The notes beneath the pieces are model-generated. The model was not told where the DNA came from. It was given only the letters and a program-made list of their open reading frames with translations, and searched no databases. Shown one piece after another: positions 46,865 to 59,597 of a DNA stretch of 64,000 nucleotides (position 1 is the first letter of the stretch; every line of letters starts with the position of its first letter). The position numbers and the translations under genes are program-made. Source of the DNA: an uncultured Actinomycetes bacterium (GTDB taxonomy: Bacteria > Actinomycetota > Thermoleophilia > UBA2241); the NCBI GenBank assembly GCA_963725665.1, contig CAVRZA010000006.1:480001-544000 (forward strand), given 5' to 3'.

Positions 46865-49474
46865 TTGGCGGTACGCAACATCGAGCAGGTCCTCGGCCAC
46901 GTCCCCCCGCACAACCTCGAGGCCGAGGAGTCTGTGCTAGGGGCGATGGTGATCAGCCCCAACGCCATCGTCGCCGTCACCGAGATCCTCAGCCCCGACG
47001 ACTTCTACCGCGACTCGCACCGGGCCATCTACCGCTGCATCCTCGCCCTCTACGCGCGCGGCGACGAGGTCGATGCGGTCACGCTGAGCGCCGAGCTCGA
47101 GCATGAGGGCATCCTCGAGAAGGTCGGCGGCAAGGCCACCGTGCACACGCTCGTCGAGATCGTCCCCGCAGCGGCCAACGCCCGCCAGTACGCCGAGATC
47201 GTGCGCGAGACGAGCGTGCTGCGGGCGCTCATCCAGGTGGGCCAGGAGATCGCCGAGCTCGGTTACCAGCACCCCGACGAGTCGACCAGCCTGCTCGACA
47301 AGTGCGAGCAGAAGGTCTTCGCCATCTCGCAGCAGCGGCGCACGAGCGAGTTCGCGCACATCCGCGACATCCTCAAGCGCAACTTCGAGCGCATCGAGCT
47401 GCTGCAGAAGGACGCCAGCGTCAGCGGACTCGCCTGCGGCTTCCCCGGCATCGACCGGCTTACGGGCGGCTTCCAGCCGTCGAACCTCGTCGTGCTCGCC
47501 GCCCGTCCCAGCATGGGCAAAACGTCGCTGGCCCTCAACATCGCCCACAACGTGGCCGTCGAGGGCAAGGCGCCGGTGGCCGTCTTCAGCCTCGAGATGA
47601 GCTCGCAGGAGCTCGGTGAGCGCATGATCTGCTCGGCGGCGCGCGTGAGCTCCCACAAGGTGCGCACGGGCGCGCTGTCGGGCGACGACTACGCGAAGCT
47701 CATCCAGGTGGTGGGCGAGCTCGAGAAGGCCGACATCTTCATCGACGATTCGGCCGGGCTCAACATGTTCGAGCTGCGCGCCAAGGCGCGGCGTCTCGCG
47801 GCCAAGAAGCCGCTCGGGCTCGTTATCGTCGACTACCTGCAGCTGATGATGGGCGACGGGCGGGCCGAGAACCGCCAGCAAGAGGTGGCCGCCATCTCCC
47901 GCTCGCTCAAGCAGCTGGCGCGCGAGCTCGAGATCCCCGTCATCGCCGTCTCGCAGCTCAACCGCTCGCCCGAGGTGCGCCAGGACAAGCGGCCGCAGCT
48001 CAGCGACCTGAGAGAGTGTCTCGCCGGCGATACACTCGTCACCATCAGTGGCACGGGTGACCGCGTGCCGTTCCGCGACTTGGCAGGAGAGAAGGATGTC
48101 GCGGTCTGGTCGCTCGATTCCCACCTGCATCTGCGCCAGGGGGTCATGACAGAGGCTTGGCAGACCGGTAGACGCAGCATTCAACGCCTCGTTCTCGCCT
48201 CCGGAAGAGAGATCTCGGCCACTGAGAACCATCCCTTCCTCACCGTGAACGGCTGGCGGTCGGTGTCGTCCTTGCGTGCGGGGGACTGCCTCGCGGCGGC
48301 CCGCTCGATTCCCGAAGCCTTCAGCCCCCAGACGCGAGAAGACCACGAGCTCGTCCTTCTCGCACACCTTCTCGGCGATGGCTGCACGAGTCGCAGCCCC
48401 GTCTACTACTGCTCATCTGATGAGGCGTGCCTGGCAGCTGTGGAGAAGGCCGCTGATCGCATGGGCGTCTCGACATCGCGCACACAAGGCCGTGGCGTGA
48501 CCTATGTGCACTTCCCGATGAAGGGCCCGGCGGGAAGAGGCCTCACGAGCCCACTGTACGACTGGCTGCGCGCGCACGGGCTGTACGGCAAGCGCGCTCA
48601 CGAGAAGCGTCTGCCACCGTTTGTCCATCGACTGTCGGACTCGCAGGCTCGACTTTTCTTGCGCCACCTGTGGGCAACGGATGGGTCTGTGACAACGGCT
48701 TCGTCAGGCCGCGTAAGGATCTACTACGCCACGACAAGCGAGGATCTCGCTCGCGACCTGGCCACGCTCCTTCTGCGGCTGGGAATCGGCGCCCGCCTGC
48801 GGTCCGTGAGCAGTGAAGGAAACCGGCGGATATGGACGGTCGACGTCTCTGGCCGTGGTGACCAACTGACGTTTCTTGCCGCCGTGGGCGTGCACGGAGT
48901 ACGAGGAGAGCAGGCCAAGCAGGCGAGCCGGGCACTACGCGGCGTGGGCAATCCGAACGCCGATGTCATACCGCCAGAAGCTTGGAATCACGTACGTGGA
49001 GCGATGCGAGCAGAGGGCGTAACGACGAGGGAGTTGGCGCGACGGCTGGGGATGGCCTACTGCGGAAGCAAGCTATATCGGGCTGGTCTGTCGCGGTCGC
49101 GAATGGCCCGCGTCGCTGCGGCGGTTCCCTGCGACTACCTGAGCGACCTTGCCTCATCGGATGTCCGCTGGGACCGCATCGTCTCGTCAAAGCCAGCAGG
49201 GACGGTCGATGTCTACGACGCCCGCGTGCCGCAGACCCACTCGTTCCTCGCGAACGATCTTGTTTCGCACAACTCGGGCGCAATCGAACAAGACGCCGAC
49301 CTCGTCATGTTCATCCACTCCGACCCCAAGGACGAGACCAAGCGCGGCACGGTCGAGGTCATCATCGCCAAGCACCGCAACGGACCCACGGGCACGGTGC
49401 GCCTCGGCTTCGTCAGCGACTACACGCGCTTCCGCCATCTGAGCACTGAGGAAGAGCGGCGCTACGAAGGCTGA
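46865..49474 (+). CDS. dnaB: Replicative DNA helicase containing an intein
   Basis: PPHNLEAEESVLG, AARPSMGKT, FSLEM, IVDYLQL, SQLNR; LSDLRE|SGAIEQDAD is split by the insertion. Confidence 0.97.
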   Translation: MAVRNIEQVLGHVPPHNLEAEESVLGAMVISPNAIVAVTEILSPDDFYRDSHRAIYRCILALYARGDEVDAVTLSAELEHEGILEKVGGKATVHTLVEIVPAAANARQYAEIVRETSVLRALIQVGQEIAELGYQHPDESTSLLDKCEQKVFAISQQRRTSEFAHIRDILKRNFERIELLQKDASVSGLACGFPGIDRLTGGFQPSNLVVLAARPSMGKTSLALNIAHNVAVEGKAPVAVFSLEMSSQELGERMICSAARVSSHKVRTGALSGDDYAKLIQVVGELEKADIFIDDSAGLNMFELRAKARRLAAKKPLGLVIVDYLQLMMGDGRAENRQQEVAAISRSLKQLARELEIPVIAVSQLNRSPEVRQDKRPQLSDLRECLAGDTLVTISGTGDRVPFRDLAGEKDVAVWSLDSHLHLRQGVMTEAWQTGRRSIQRLVLASGREISATENHPFLTVNGWRSVSSLRAGDCLAAARSIPEAFSPQTREDHELVLLAHLLGDGCTSRSPVYYCSSDEACLAAVEKAADRMGVSTSRTQGRGVTYVHFPMKGPAGRGLTSPLYDWLRAHGLYGKRAHEKRLPPFVHRLSDSQARLFLRHLWATDGSVTTASSGRVRIYYATTSEDLARDLATLLLRLGIGARLRSVSSEGNRRIWTVDVSGRGDQLTFLAAVGVHGVRGEQAKQASRALRGVGNPNADVIPPEAWNHVRGAMRAEGVTTRELARRLGMAYCGSKLYRAGLSRSRMARVAAAVPCDYLSDLASSDVRWDRIVSSKPAGTVDVYDARVPQTHSFLANDLVSHNSGAIEQDADLVMFIHSDPKDETKRGTVEVIIAKHRNGPTGTVRLGFVSDYTRFRHLSTEEERRYEG
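48017..49273 (+). mobile_element. DnaB intein (419 aa) with a LAGLIDADG homing endonuclease
   Basis: Starts with CLAGDT, block B ATENHPFL, LLAHLLGDG and FLRHLWATDGS motifs, block F VYD, ends SHN followed by Ser+1. Codon usage is visibly less GC3-biased than in the exteins. Confidence 0.95.
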
Positions 49475-49520
49475 CGCCGCTCCTGCCCGGCGATAGGTCC
49501 GCGAGACCAGCGAGGTGTCC

Positions 49521-50354
49521 ATGAGCCACGTGATGTTAAACGGAGCGCTCCTCGACGAACGCGAGGCGACGGTCTCGGCCCTCGATCAGGGCCTCACCCA
49601 CGGCGTCGGGCTGTACGAGACGATCAAGATCGCCGATCGGGCCTGCGCCTTCTTCGACGAACATTCCGGGCGCCTCGAGAAGGGTCTCGCCGCGCTGCAC
49701 ATCCCGTGCCCGTTCACCCGCGACGACCTCGCGCGACAGATCCTCGCGGTGGCCGCCGGCAACGACGTCCGCGATGGGGCGTGCCGGCTGCTCGTCACGG
49801 CGGGACCGCCCTGGGGCGAGCCGACGCTGCTCGTGCAGACCGATGTGCGCGTCTTTCCGGAGCGCCCGCTCACCGCGATCTCCTACCGCATCGCGCGCGC
49901 GGCGGCGGCGTTCAAATCGAACAGCTTCGTGCCCTCGCTGGTCGCCAAACGGGCAGCCGAGGCGGCCGGCGCCGACGACGCGATCTTCGTCGACGACGAC
50001 GGCCGCATCCTCGAAGCCACCACGGCGAACTGCTTCGTGCACCGCGGCGGTGTCCTCACGACGCCGCCCCTCGATGGCTCGATCCTCCCCGGTGTCATCA
50101 GGGGCAAGATCATGGAGCTCGCCGAGGCCGACGGCATGGCTGTGGCCGAGCGGCACATCCGCATCAGCGAGCTGACGCCCAACGACAGCGTGCTGCTCAC
50201 GAGCAGCGTGCGTGGCATCGTGCTCGTGTCGTCGGTCGATGGAGTGCCCCTGCGGCTCGATGAGGACCTGCGAAGGCGGCTACGCTCGCTCCTCGGCGCA
50301 GCCGAGCGGACGAGCGCAGCCGCCTTCGCCGAGCGCTACGGCGTCAGGGCCTGA
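49521..50354 (+). CDS. Aminotransferase class IV (aminodeoxychorismate lyase/D-amino acid aminotransferase-like)
   Basis: D.GL.HGVGLYET, FKS, EATTANCF, ILPGVIR, LTSSVRG. Confidence 0.88.
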   Translation: MSHVMLNGALLDEREATVSALDQGLTHGVGLYETIKIADRACAFFDEHSGRLEKGLAALHIPCPFTRDDLARQILAVAAGNDVRDGACRLLVTAGPPWGEPTLLVQTDVRVFPERPLTAISYRIARAAAAFKSNSFVPSLVAKRAAEAAGADDAIFVDDDGRILEATTANCFVHRGGVLTTPPLDGSILPGVIRGKIMELAEADGMAVAERHIRISELTPNDSVLLTSSVRGIVLVSSVDGVPLRLDEDLRRRLRSLLGAAERTSAAAFAERYGVRA

Positions 50355-50434
50355 CCGAACGCCGTCCGCAGGCGCAGAGCGCGGTCATCGCTGTCGCGAC
50401 GCCGTCTGGCGAAGCCCTCCTGAGACGCGCCTGC

Positions 50435-51305
50435 CTACGCCGTCACCCGGCGCAGCGCCTCCCGGTACTTCTCGGCCGTCTTCGCCACGATCTCGGGCGG
50501 CAATTCGGGCACCGGCGGCTGCTTGTCCCAGCCGATAGCTCTCGAGGTAGTCGCGCACGAACTGCTTGTCGTAGCTCGGCTGCGGCTTGCCCGGCTCGTA
50601 GGTGTCGGCCGGCCAGAAGCGCGACGAGTCGGGGGTGAGCGCCTCGTCGATGAGGATGAGCTCCCCGTCGAGCAGGCCGAACTCGAACTTGGTGTCGGCA
50701 ATGATGATGCCCCGCTGGCGCGCGTAGTCGGCGGCGAAGGAGTAGAGCGCCAGCGAAGCGTCGCACACCTTGGCCGCCAGTTCCGGGCCGAGCAAATCGA
50801 TCGTCTTCTCGAAGGGGATGTTCTCGTCGTGGGTGCCGGCCTCGGCCTTGGTCGACGGCGTGTAGATCGGTTCGGGCAGCTTGCTCGACTCGACCAGCCC
50901 CCCAGGCAGCGCGATGCCGCACACCGTCCCCTGGGCGCGGTACTCCTTGAGCCCTGAGCCGGCGAGGTAGCCACGGACGATGGCCTCGACCGGCAGCGGG
51001 CGGGCGCTCTTCACAACGATGGAGCGCCCCCGCAGGTGCTCCTTCGCGGCGTCGCGGGCGAAGGGGTCGCGGTCGACGAGATGGTTGGCGATGATGCCGG
51101 CCGTCTTGTCGAACCAGAAGTTCGAGAGCTGGGTGAGGACCTCGCCCTTGCCGGGGATCGGCGTCGGGAGCACGTAGTCGAAGGCCGAGATGCGGTCGGT
51201 GGCCACGATGAGCAGGTCACCTTCGGCAAGGCGGTAGACGTCGCGCACCTTGCCGCGGTTGACCAGCGTGAGGTCGCTCTCGTTCGACTCGAGCATCGCG
51301 CTCAT
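50435..51305 (-). CDS. purC: SAICAR synthetase, with an apparent +1 frameshift at about 50537
   Basis: GKVRDVY, TDRISAFD, ADTKFEFG, DEALTPDSSRFW, SYDKQFVRDYL. The canonical tail IGWDKQPPVPELPPEIV..T..KY.EA lies in the adjacent frame. Confidence 0.93.
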
Positions 51306-51384
51306 CGACTTCCCTCTCCTTCCGTCGCGCTCATCTGCCTCTCGCTCCCTTAGTCTGGCCCGTCTCTTCCCCGCCCCTTCTCGG

Positions 51385-53176
51385 TCAGCCGCTCGTCGAA
51401 TCGCTCTTTGCTCCCCTGAGCTGGATCACCGCCAGCAGCGCCTCGGCCGCCTCGCGCGGCCCGCTGCTCTCGCGCCCGGGAACGCCGAGGCGGGTGCGTA
51501 GCTGGCCGACGAAGACGCCGGCGTCAAAGGCGGCTGCGAACGTCTTCGTGGCGATCTCGTCGTGTTGCTCGACCCGCTGTGCGGGCCCGAAGATGTTGGC
51601 GAAGTAGTTGCGCACGAGGCCGGTCGAGGTGGTCGTGCCCTTCGACATCGCCACGCCCTCGCGGAACACCCGCAAGGCCGCGTCCGCGTCGCCGAAGCGC
51701 TCGACGATGGGGTGGCCGGCGTCGACCTCCTCGTGGTTGTTCGCATACAGGAGCAGGTCGACGGGATACCCGTGCAGCACCTCCTCGAGCGTGGTCACCG
51801 GCAGCACGACGCGCGCGTTCACCTTCTGCGGGCTCATGATGATGGCGCGATCGACCTGGCCGAACGCGTAGCCCCGCTGCAGGTCGTCGAGGCGCACGAA
51901 GGCGCCGATCTCGCTGCCGTACCCGAGCAGGCCCCGACCCGGCTCGACCTTGAGCGAGCCCATGTCGTCGGCGATCACACGCAGCTCGGCGACCTTCTCC
52001 TCACCCAGCAGGCGCAGGGCCTCGAGCGACTCCGACTTGCCGGCTCCGGTGTCGCCGATGAGCAGCACATTGGCCGCCGACCCGTCGCGCAGGGCGACGT
52101 GCACGAAGGCGCCGTGGAAGGGCATGCGCCCACGGCGCATGATCGCCAGGTTGTGCAGCGTGAGGACCATCTTCTTGAGATAGCCGAAGTAGCCGAAGCG
52201 CTCCTCGAGAGGCGCGGCGGCGACGAGCAGCCCGGTGGCCGCGTCGTCGAAGAAGACCGTGGGCATATCGCCGAAGCGCGCCAGCGTCTCGGGCGGCGCC
52301 CCGAAGACGTAGATGGCATCGGGGCCGGCCGCTATCTGGTCGTCCGAGGCGATCTCGAAGAGATTGGCCAGCGACAGGCCGAGGCTCGAGAAAGAGCTGG
52401 TGCACGAAGACGAACACGACCAGCGGACCGACGACCGCCGGATAGCAGACCCACCGGCTGCGGTCGAGCTCCACTCCGGCCAGTGGATCCTCGCGCACCT
52501 CCAAGAACCGGCCCGTGCGCGTGTTCATCGGCGGGTCCAGCAACAGCGGCGGATACATGAGCACGTGGCGCACGAAGGGGATGCCCTCTAGACGCCCGTG
52601 GTAGGGCTCGCGCGCACGCCACTCCCGGCGCACGGCGATCACGCCGACCTCGGCGCCGGCGGCGACCTGGCGGTACACGCGCGGGTGGTCGCCGGTCACG
52701 TTCTCGGCGAGGTCGCGATAGAGGTCGCGCACAAGGCCACCCAAGATCTCGACCGTGGTGTTGAAGGTCCGGTAGGGACGCCGGTCGTGCGCGTCGGGGC
52801 CGGCCTCAGAGTGCGAGATCATGAAGCGGTCGAAGCCGCGCCAGAAGTCGTAGAGCCCCTCGATGAGCTCGTGCAGCGCCCGCCGGCGCGCCAGGAGCGC
52901 CTCGCCCTCCGGGGAGGCGTTGGCGAGGCGCTCCAGCGGGTTATTGGCCAGCAGGCGCAGCCAGTCGATCAGCCGGGCGCGCTGGCGCGCGTCGCTGCCC
53001 TCTACGCCGAGGGCCTCGAGCACCGTCGGGTTGTGCGCACGAAGGTGATCGACGTAGAGCTCGACGACGCGCGCGAAGGCGACGCTCTCCACGAGCTCCT
53101 GCGTCGTCGAACAGACGGTGCGCTCGGTGTGGAGGACGATCTGTCCGGGGTCGACGTCGAGACGGAGCAGCGACAT
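51385..53176 (-). CDS. PEPCK/HPr-kinase-like P-loop protein, with an apparent +1 frameshift at about 52384
   Basis: ORFs 52001..53176 and 51385..52266 join as LFLE-LGLSLANLFEIA. Motifs YFGYLKK, PFHGA, GDTGAGKSES, IADDM, GSEIGAFVRLDDL. Confidence 0.7.
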
Positions 53177-53280
53177 GGCCGCAAGACTACCACGGGCCGC
53201 TGGGAGCGACGCATGGCGAGCGGACGCGAGTGAGCGGCTACAAACCCGTCCGCTCGAGACGGCCGTGCGAGCGGCTCCGC

Positions 53281-54007
53281 CTAAGGCCGCCGGGCGACCA
53301 GGAACCAGCTCGCGTGGTGGTGAGCGGACCCGTCGGCGTGCGGCTCGTCGTACTCGCGCTCGCTCAGTTCCTCGACGGACAGGAAGGAGAAGTCCTCGCG
53401 CAGCTCCTGTTCGCGGCAGAAGTGGAGGTAGACCGGGCGTGCAAAGGAGTCCCGCTCGCCGGGCACCGGCTCTCCCTCGCCATAGTGCTGAGGGTCGTTC
53501 GTCGAGAGCGTGCTCAGGAAGAGAAGGCCGGCGGGCTTCAGGAGGGCGCCGAGCGCCCTCCTGAAGCCCGCCCGCTCCTGCGGCCCGAGAAGCTGATAGA
53601 GGTTCGCGGCGAAGACGACGTCGAATGCCGCGCGCGACCCCTGTCGCACCTCACGTTCGATCTCGTCGAAGCCGGCGCGGCGGAACTCGACGGCCGGCTT
53701 CGACTCCGCCGCCCCGGCCGTCGCCGCCGCTGCCGTACGTCCCCGCGCCGGCCTCAACGGCCCCGCGCGCAGAGGTACGAGCGGCCGCGATCCCCTCGGC
53801 CGAAGGATCGGCGCCTAGGACCGGCGCGTGCAGCTCGCGCGAGAGATAGCGGCTGTCGCGACCGTAGCCACAACCGATGTCGAGGATGGAGAGGCCGGGA
53901 CCGGCCGTCGCCAGCAAGCGCTCGACCGCGACGGCGGCAAGCTCGCTGGGGCGATCGCCCCAGGGTCTGCCGCCGTCGCGGTAGGCGTCGTCCCAGCGCG
54001 TGCTCAC
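53281..54007 (-). CDS. Class I SAM-dependent methyltransferase, with an apparent +1 frameshift at about 53720-53790
   Basis: N-half has WGDRPSELA, LDIGCGYGRD, GADPS..GI; C-half has FDVVFA, LKPAGL, HFCREQEL in the adjacent frame. Confidence 0.75.
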
Positions 54008-54135
54008 GGCCGTCGGGCTCGCCGACAACTCGACCCGACGCACGCCCCGGCCGCCGACGTGACGGCAGACCCACGACTTCCACCACGCGGCCCTGCGCCT
54101 CGGTGATCTGCCAGACCGCCACGCTCCGGCAGGAC

Positions 54136-54555
54136 TCAGGCGCCGCCAGAAGGCGTGAGCTCAGACGTGCAGAACGCGCAGCGCTTCGCCTCGATGGGGA
54201 TCTCGCTCAGGCACTCCGGGCACTGCTTGGTGGTCGCATCGGCCGGCGCCTGACCGCGCGCGCGGCGCTCGGCGAGCTTGTTCATCGGCACGACGACGAC
54301 GAAGTATATGGCCGCCGCTATGAGCAGGAACGAGATGATGGCGTTGATGAACGAGCCGTAGCGGAACGTGCTGCCGTTGATGGTGAAGGTGAGCTGCGAG
54401 AAATCTGGCTGGCCGAAGATGGCGGCGATGAGCGGCGTGATGATGTCGGCCACGAACGCCGTGATCAGCGCCCCGAAGGCGGCGCCGATGACCACCGCGA
54501 CGGCCAGATCGACCACGTTCCCGCGCAAGATGAAGTCGCGGAATCCCTTGATCAT
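54136..54555 (-). CDS. mscL: Large-conductance mechanosensitive channel with a C-terminal zinc ribbon
   Basis: GFRDFILRGNVVDLAVAVVIGAAF, YGSFINA, CPEC...CAFC. Confidence 0.95.
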   Translation of the reverse strand: MIKGFRDFILRGNVVDLAVAVVIGAAFGALITAFVADIITPLIAAIFGQPDFSQLTFTINGSTFRYGSFINAIISFLLIAAAIYFVVVVPMNKLAERRARGQAPADATTKQCPECLSEIPIEAKRCAFCTSELTPSGGA

Positions 54556-54790
54556 GACTCCTCCCCATGAAGGCTCTTACCGTCGTGACCGCAGCGCTTC
54601 TGGTGGCGGCCATCCGGTCCTTAGTACCACACTGCCGCGAGGAGAAGCCTACCCCATCGGCCGCGCGCCCTCTACGCTCGCGCCGTTGAGCCGTCGGGGA
54701 CCGGCGGGCCGCGCGGAGCCAGTGCCTCCCAGGGCCCGCGCGCTGTACGCGCGATCGCATCAGCGAGGGTCTCCGAGCGTCCTTCGGCCG

Positions 54791-55214
54791 TCAGCCCCCC
54801 GGCATCGCGTCGAGGACGCCGCGCAGATACCAGTACAGGTCGGTCTCGGTGTCGAGACGGATCGGCGGCTGATCCGCTTGAGGCCCGGCGACCCAGCTGC
54901 CCAGGCTGACGTCCGGCCCGACGTCGAGCTGCAACCGCCGCCCGCCGTTCAGATCGACGACCAGGCGCGTGACGGCATCCGGCGGTACGTCGCTCGTGTC
55001 TCGTTCCATCGAGCCGAACCCAGGCGGCCAGCTCGGGGGCGGGGCTGGCCAGGGTGCCGACCACGACGGGACCCTCGAGACTCTCGACCCGCGCCGCGAC
55101 GACCTGATCTTGCGTGAATTGGAATGGGTACTCGTCGCGCCTGAATGACCACACGCCCACCACGACGACGATCGCGCTGAGGACGACGAGAGCGATGAAG
55201 GCCGCGCGGCGCAC
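54791..55214 (-). CDS. Hypothetical membrane-anchored protein, with an apparent +1 frameshift at about 55020
   Basis: N-terminal TM ORF joins ORF 54791..55009 (ELAAW-FGSMERD) if one G of the GGG run is removed. Confidence 0.5.
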
Positions 55215-55255
55215 CCGGGAAGGCTGGTCAGCCGACAGTGTCGACGCCGGCCATG

Positions 55256-56107
55256 TCAGATCAGCTGCCTGCGCGCGGCTCGCTTGGCCAGCCAGGCCTC
55301 GATAGCGGCCAGGACGACCTCTTTGCCCAGGTCGTTGTACGTCTCGTGCAGGTAACCGTCGTAGCGCAGCACCGTCTTGTCTTGAATGGTCACCTTCTGG
55401 ACGAACGACTCGATGGCGGCAGGGTCGGCGACGGGGTCGTCGGGCGAGTAGACGACGAGCAGAGGGCCCGAAAGGGTCTCGGCGCGGCGTCTTGCGCGCG
55501 CCTGCGCCTTGAGCGTCTCCTCAGCCCAGCCGACCGTCGCCAAGTTGCCCACGAGCGGGTCATCCTCGTAGGCTGCCGCCACGTCGGGATCGCGCGACAG
55601 CATCTCTCCCTTGACGGGGTTGCGGATAGGAGAAGTGGGCGTGAGCTTCGCGGCCAGGTGCACGAACCGTGCGCGCCACTCCGGCACCTGGATGCGCAGC
55701 TTGAGGAACGGCGAGGAGAGGATCAGTCCGACGGGTCCCTTTGGATCCTGCTCGACGTAGGTCAGCGCGACGAGGCCGCCGAAGCTGTGTCCGAAAAGAG
55801 TGACTCGCTGGCGCGGAGCGTTCTCCTTGACGAGGTCGAAGAAGACCGCCGTGTCCGCTACGTAGTCGTCAAAGACATCGACGTGACCGCGTGTCCCGTG
55901 GGAGCGCCCGTTGCCGCGCAGATCGTAGGCATAGACAGCGAAGCCGTGCGTCGCGAGATGCTCGCCGACCGAAGCGAGCCGGGCGCTGTGGTCGCCATAC
56001 CCCGGGATCAGAGCGACCGCCTCTTTGGGCTCACCATCCGGCAGCCAGGCGCGATAGAAGAGCTGAAGACCGTCGGGGGCCGCGAAGGTCTGCTCGGTCG
56101 TTTTCAT
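55256..56107 (-). CDS. Alpha/beta hydrolase (lysophospholipase/monoacylglycerol lipase family)
   Basis: GYGDHS, YDLRGNGRS.G.RG, GHSFGG, DD, HE. Confidence 0.9.
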   Translation of the reverse strand: MKTTEQTFAAPDGLQLFYRAWLPDGEPKEAVALIPGYGDHSARLASVGEHLATHGFAVYAYDLRGNGRSHGTRGHVDVFDDYVADTAVFFDLVKENAPRQRVTLFGHSFGGLVALTYVEQDPKGPVGLILSSPFLKLRIQVPEWRARFVHLAAKLTPTSPIRNPVKGEMLSRDPDVAAAYEDDPLVGNLATVGWAEETLKAQARARRRAETLSGPLLVVYSPDDPVADPAAIESFVQKVTIQDKTVLRYDGYLHETYNDLGKEVVLAAIEAWLAKRAARRQLI

Positions 56108-56287
56108 TGACCCTTCCCTGTGTCGCCGCGTGCGGGGCTTGTACTCGGGTCCACAATGCTACCATCCTGCGCTCGGTCGCCACCCTGCTACCTTGCTAGA
56201 ACGGTCCGCAGTTGAGTTGTGGCGGCGAAACGACGATAATCCCGCGTGGGAACCTTCTTCCCGTCCGGAACCTCCCCCCGCCACCGT

Positions 56288-59007
<2,720 letters not shown>

Positions 59008-59051
59008 CGACCGCGGCACGCAGACGGGCGAGACTCGCGTCGATCCGTGCC

Positions 59052-59273
59052 CTACAGCCTCTCGAACTCGTCGACGGTAAGTCCTGCCTGGCGGATGATG
59101 CTGCGCAGCGTGCCCACAGCTACCTCGCGATGCCTGGGCACGACGACGGTGCGCGGTCCCGTTGCATCGCTCTTGGCGAACTTCACGTGACTGCCCCGAA
59201 CGCTTACGACGTTGAAGCCCGCCCTGCCGAGCCTCCGCCTGACCTAGTCGAACGAAAGTGGCCTAAGCGGCAC
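59052..59273 (-). pseudogene. hicA: HicA toxin with an in-frame TAG at codon 10
   Basis: Reads MPLRPLSFD*VRRRLGRAGFNVVSVRGSHVKF...VVVPRHREVAVGTLRSIIRQAGLTVDEF, with the GSH and PxH motifs; overlaps the hicB stop. Confidence 0.82.
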
Positions 59274-59478
59274 GGATCTTGACGCGCAGCTTCCTCACAG
59301 GCGATGGTGCGGCGGCGGTAGGCTCGAGAAAGTGAAGCTCGAGGGCCTCCCGGAGGTTCGCGAGCGCCTCCTCTTCGGTGCGACCCTGGCTCGCCACGTC
59401 GACCTCGAGGCACTGAGCGACGTACCATCCGTCCTCTTGGGCGACCACAGCCGAGAACTCACGTTCCATCTCATCCAT
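59263..59478 (-). CDS. hicB: HicB antitoxin (short form without a DNA-binding domain)
   Basis: FSAVVAQEDGWYVAQCLEVDVASQGRTEEEALANLREALELHF. Confidence 0.9.
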   Translation of the reverse strand: MDEMEREFSAVVAQEDGWYVAQCLEVDVASQGRTEEEALANLREALELHFLEPTAAAPSPVRKLRVKIRAA

Positions 59479-59597
59479 AGTAGGAAGCCGATCCTCCCCT
59501 CACAAGGGCGATGTTTGCGTGTCCAGGCTACCATTCCATGATACGACCCGGGACACGGGTCCACGACCCTGAGTGGGCTGCCGTACGTCGAGTCGAC

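Noticed and set aside
50520-50545. Programmed ribosomal frameshifting in purC
   Set aside because: No slippery sequence at the site, and it is one of five same-sign indels better explained as sequencing error.
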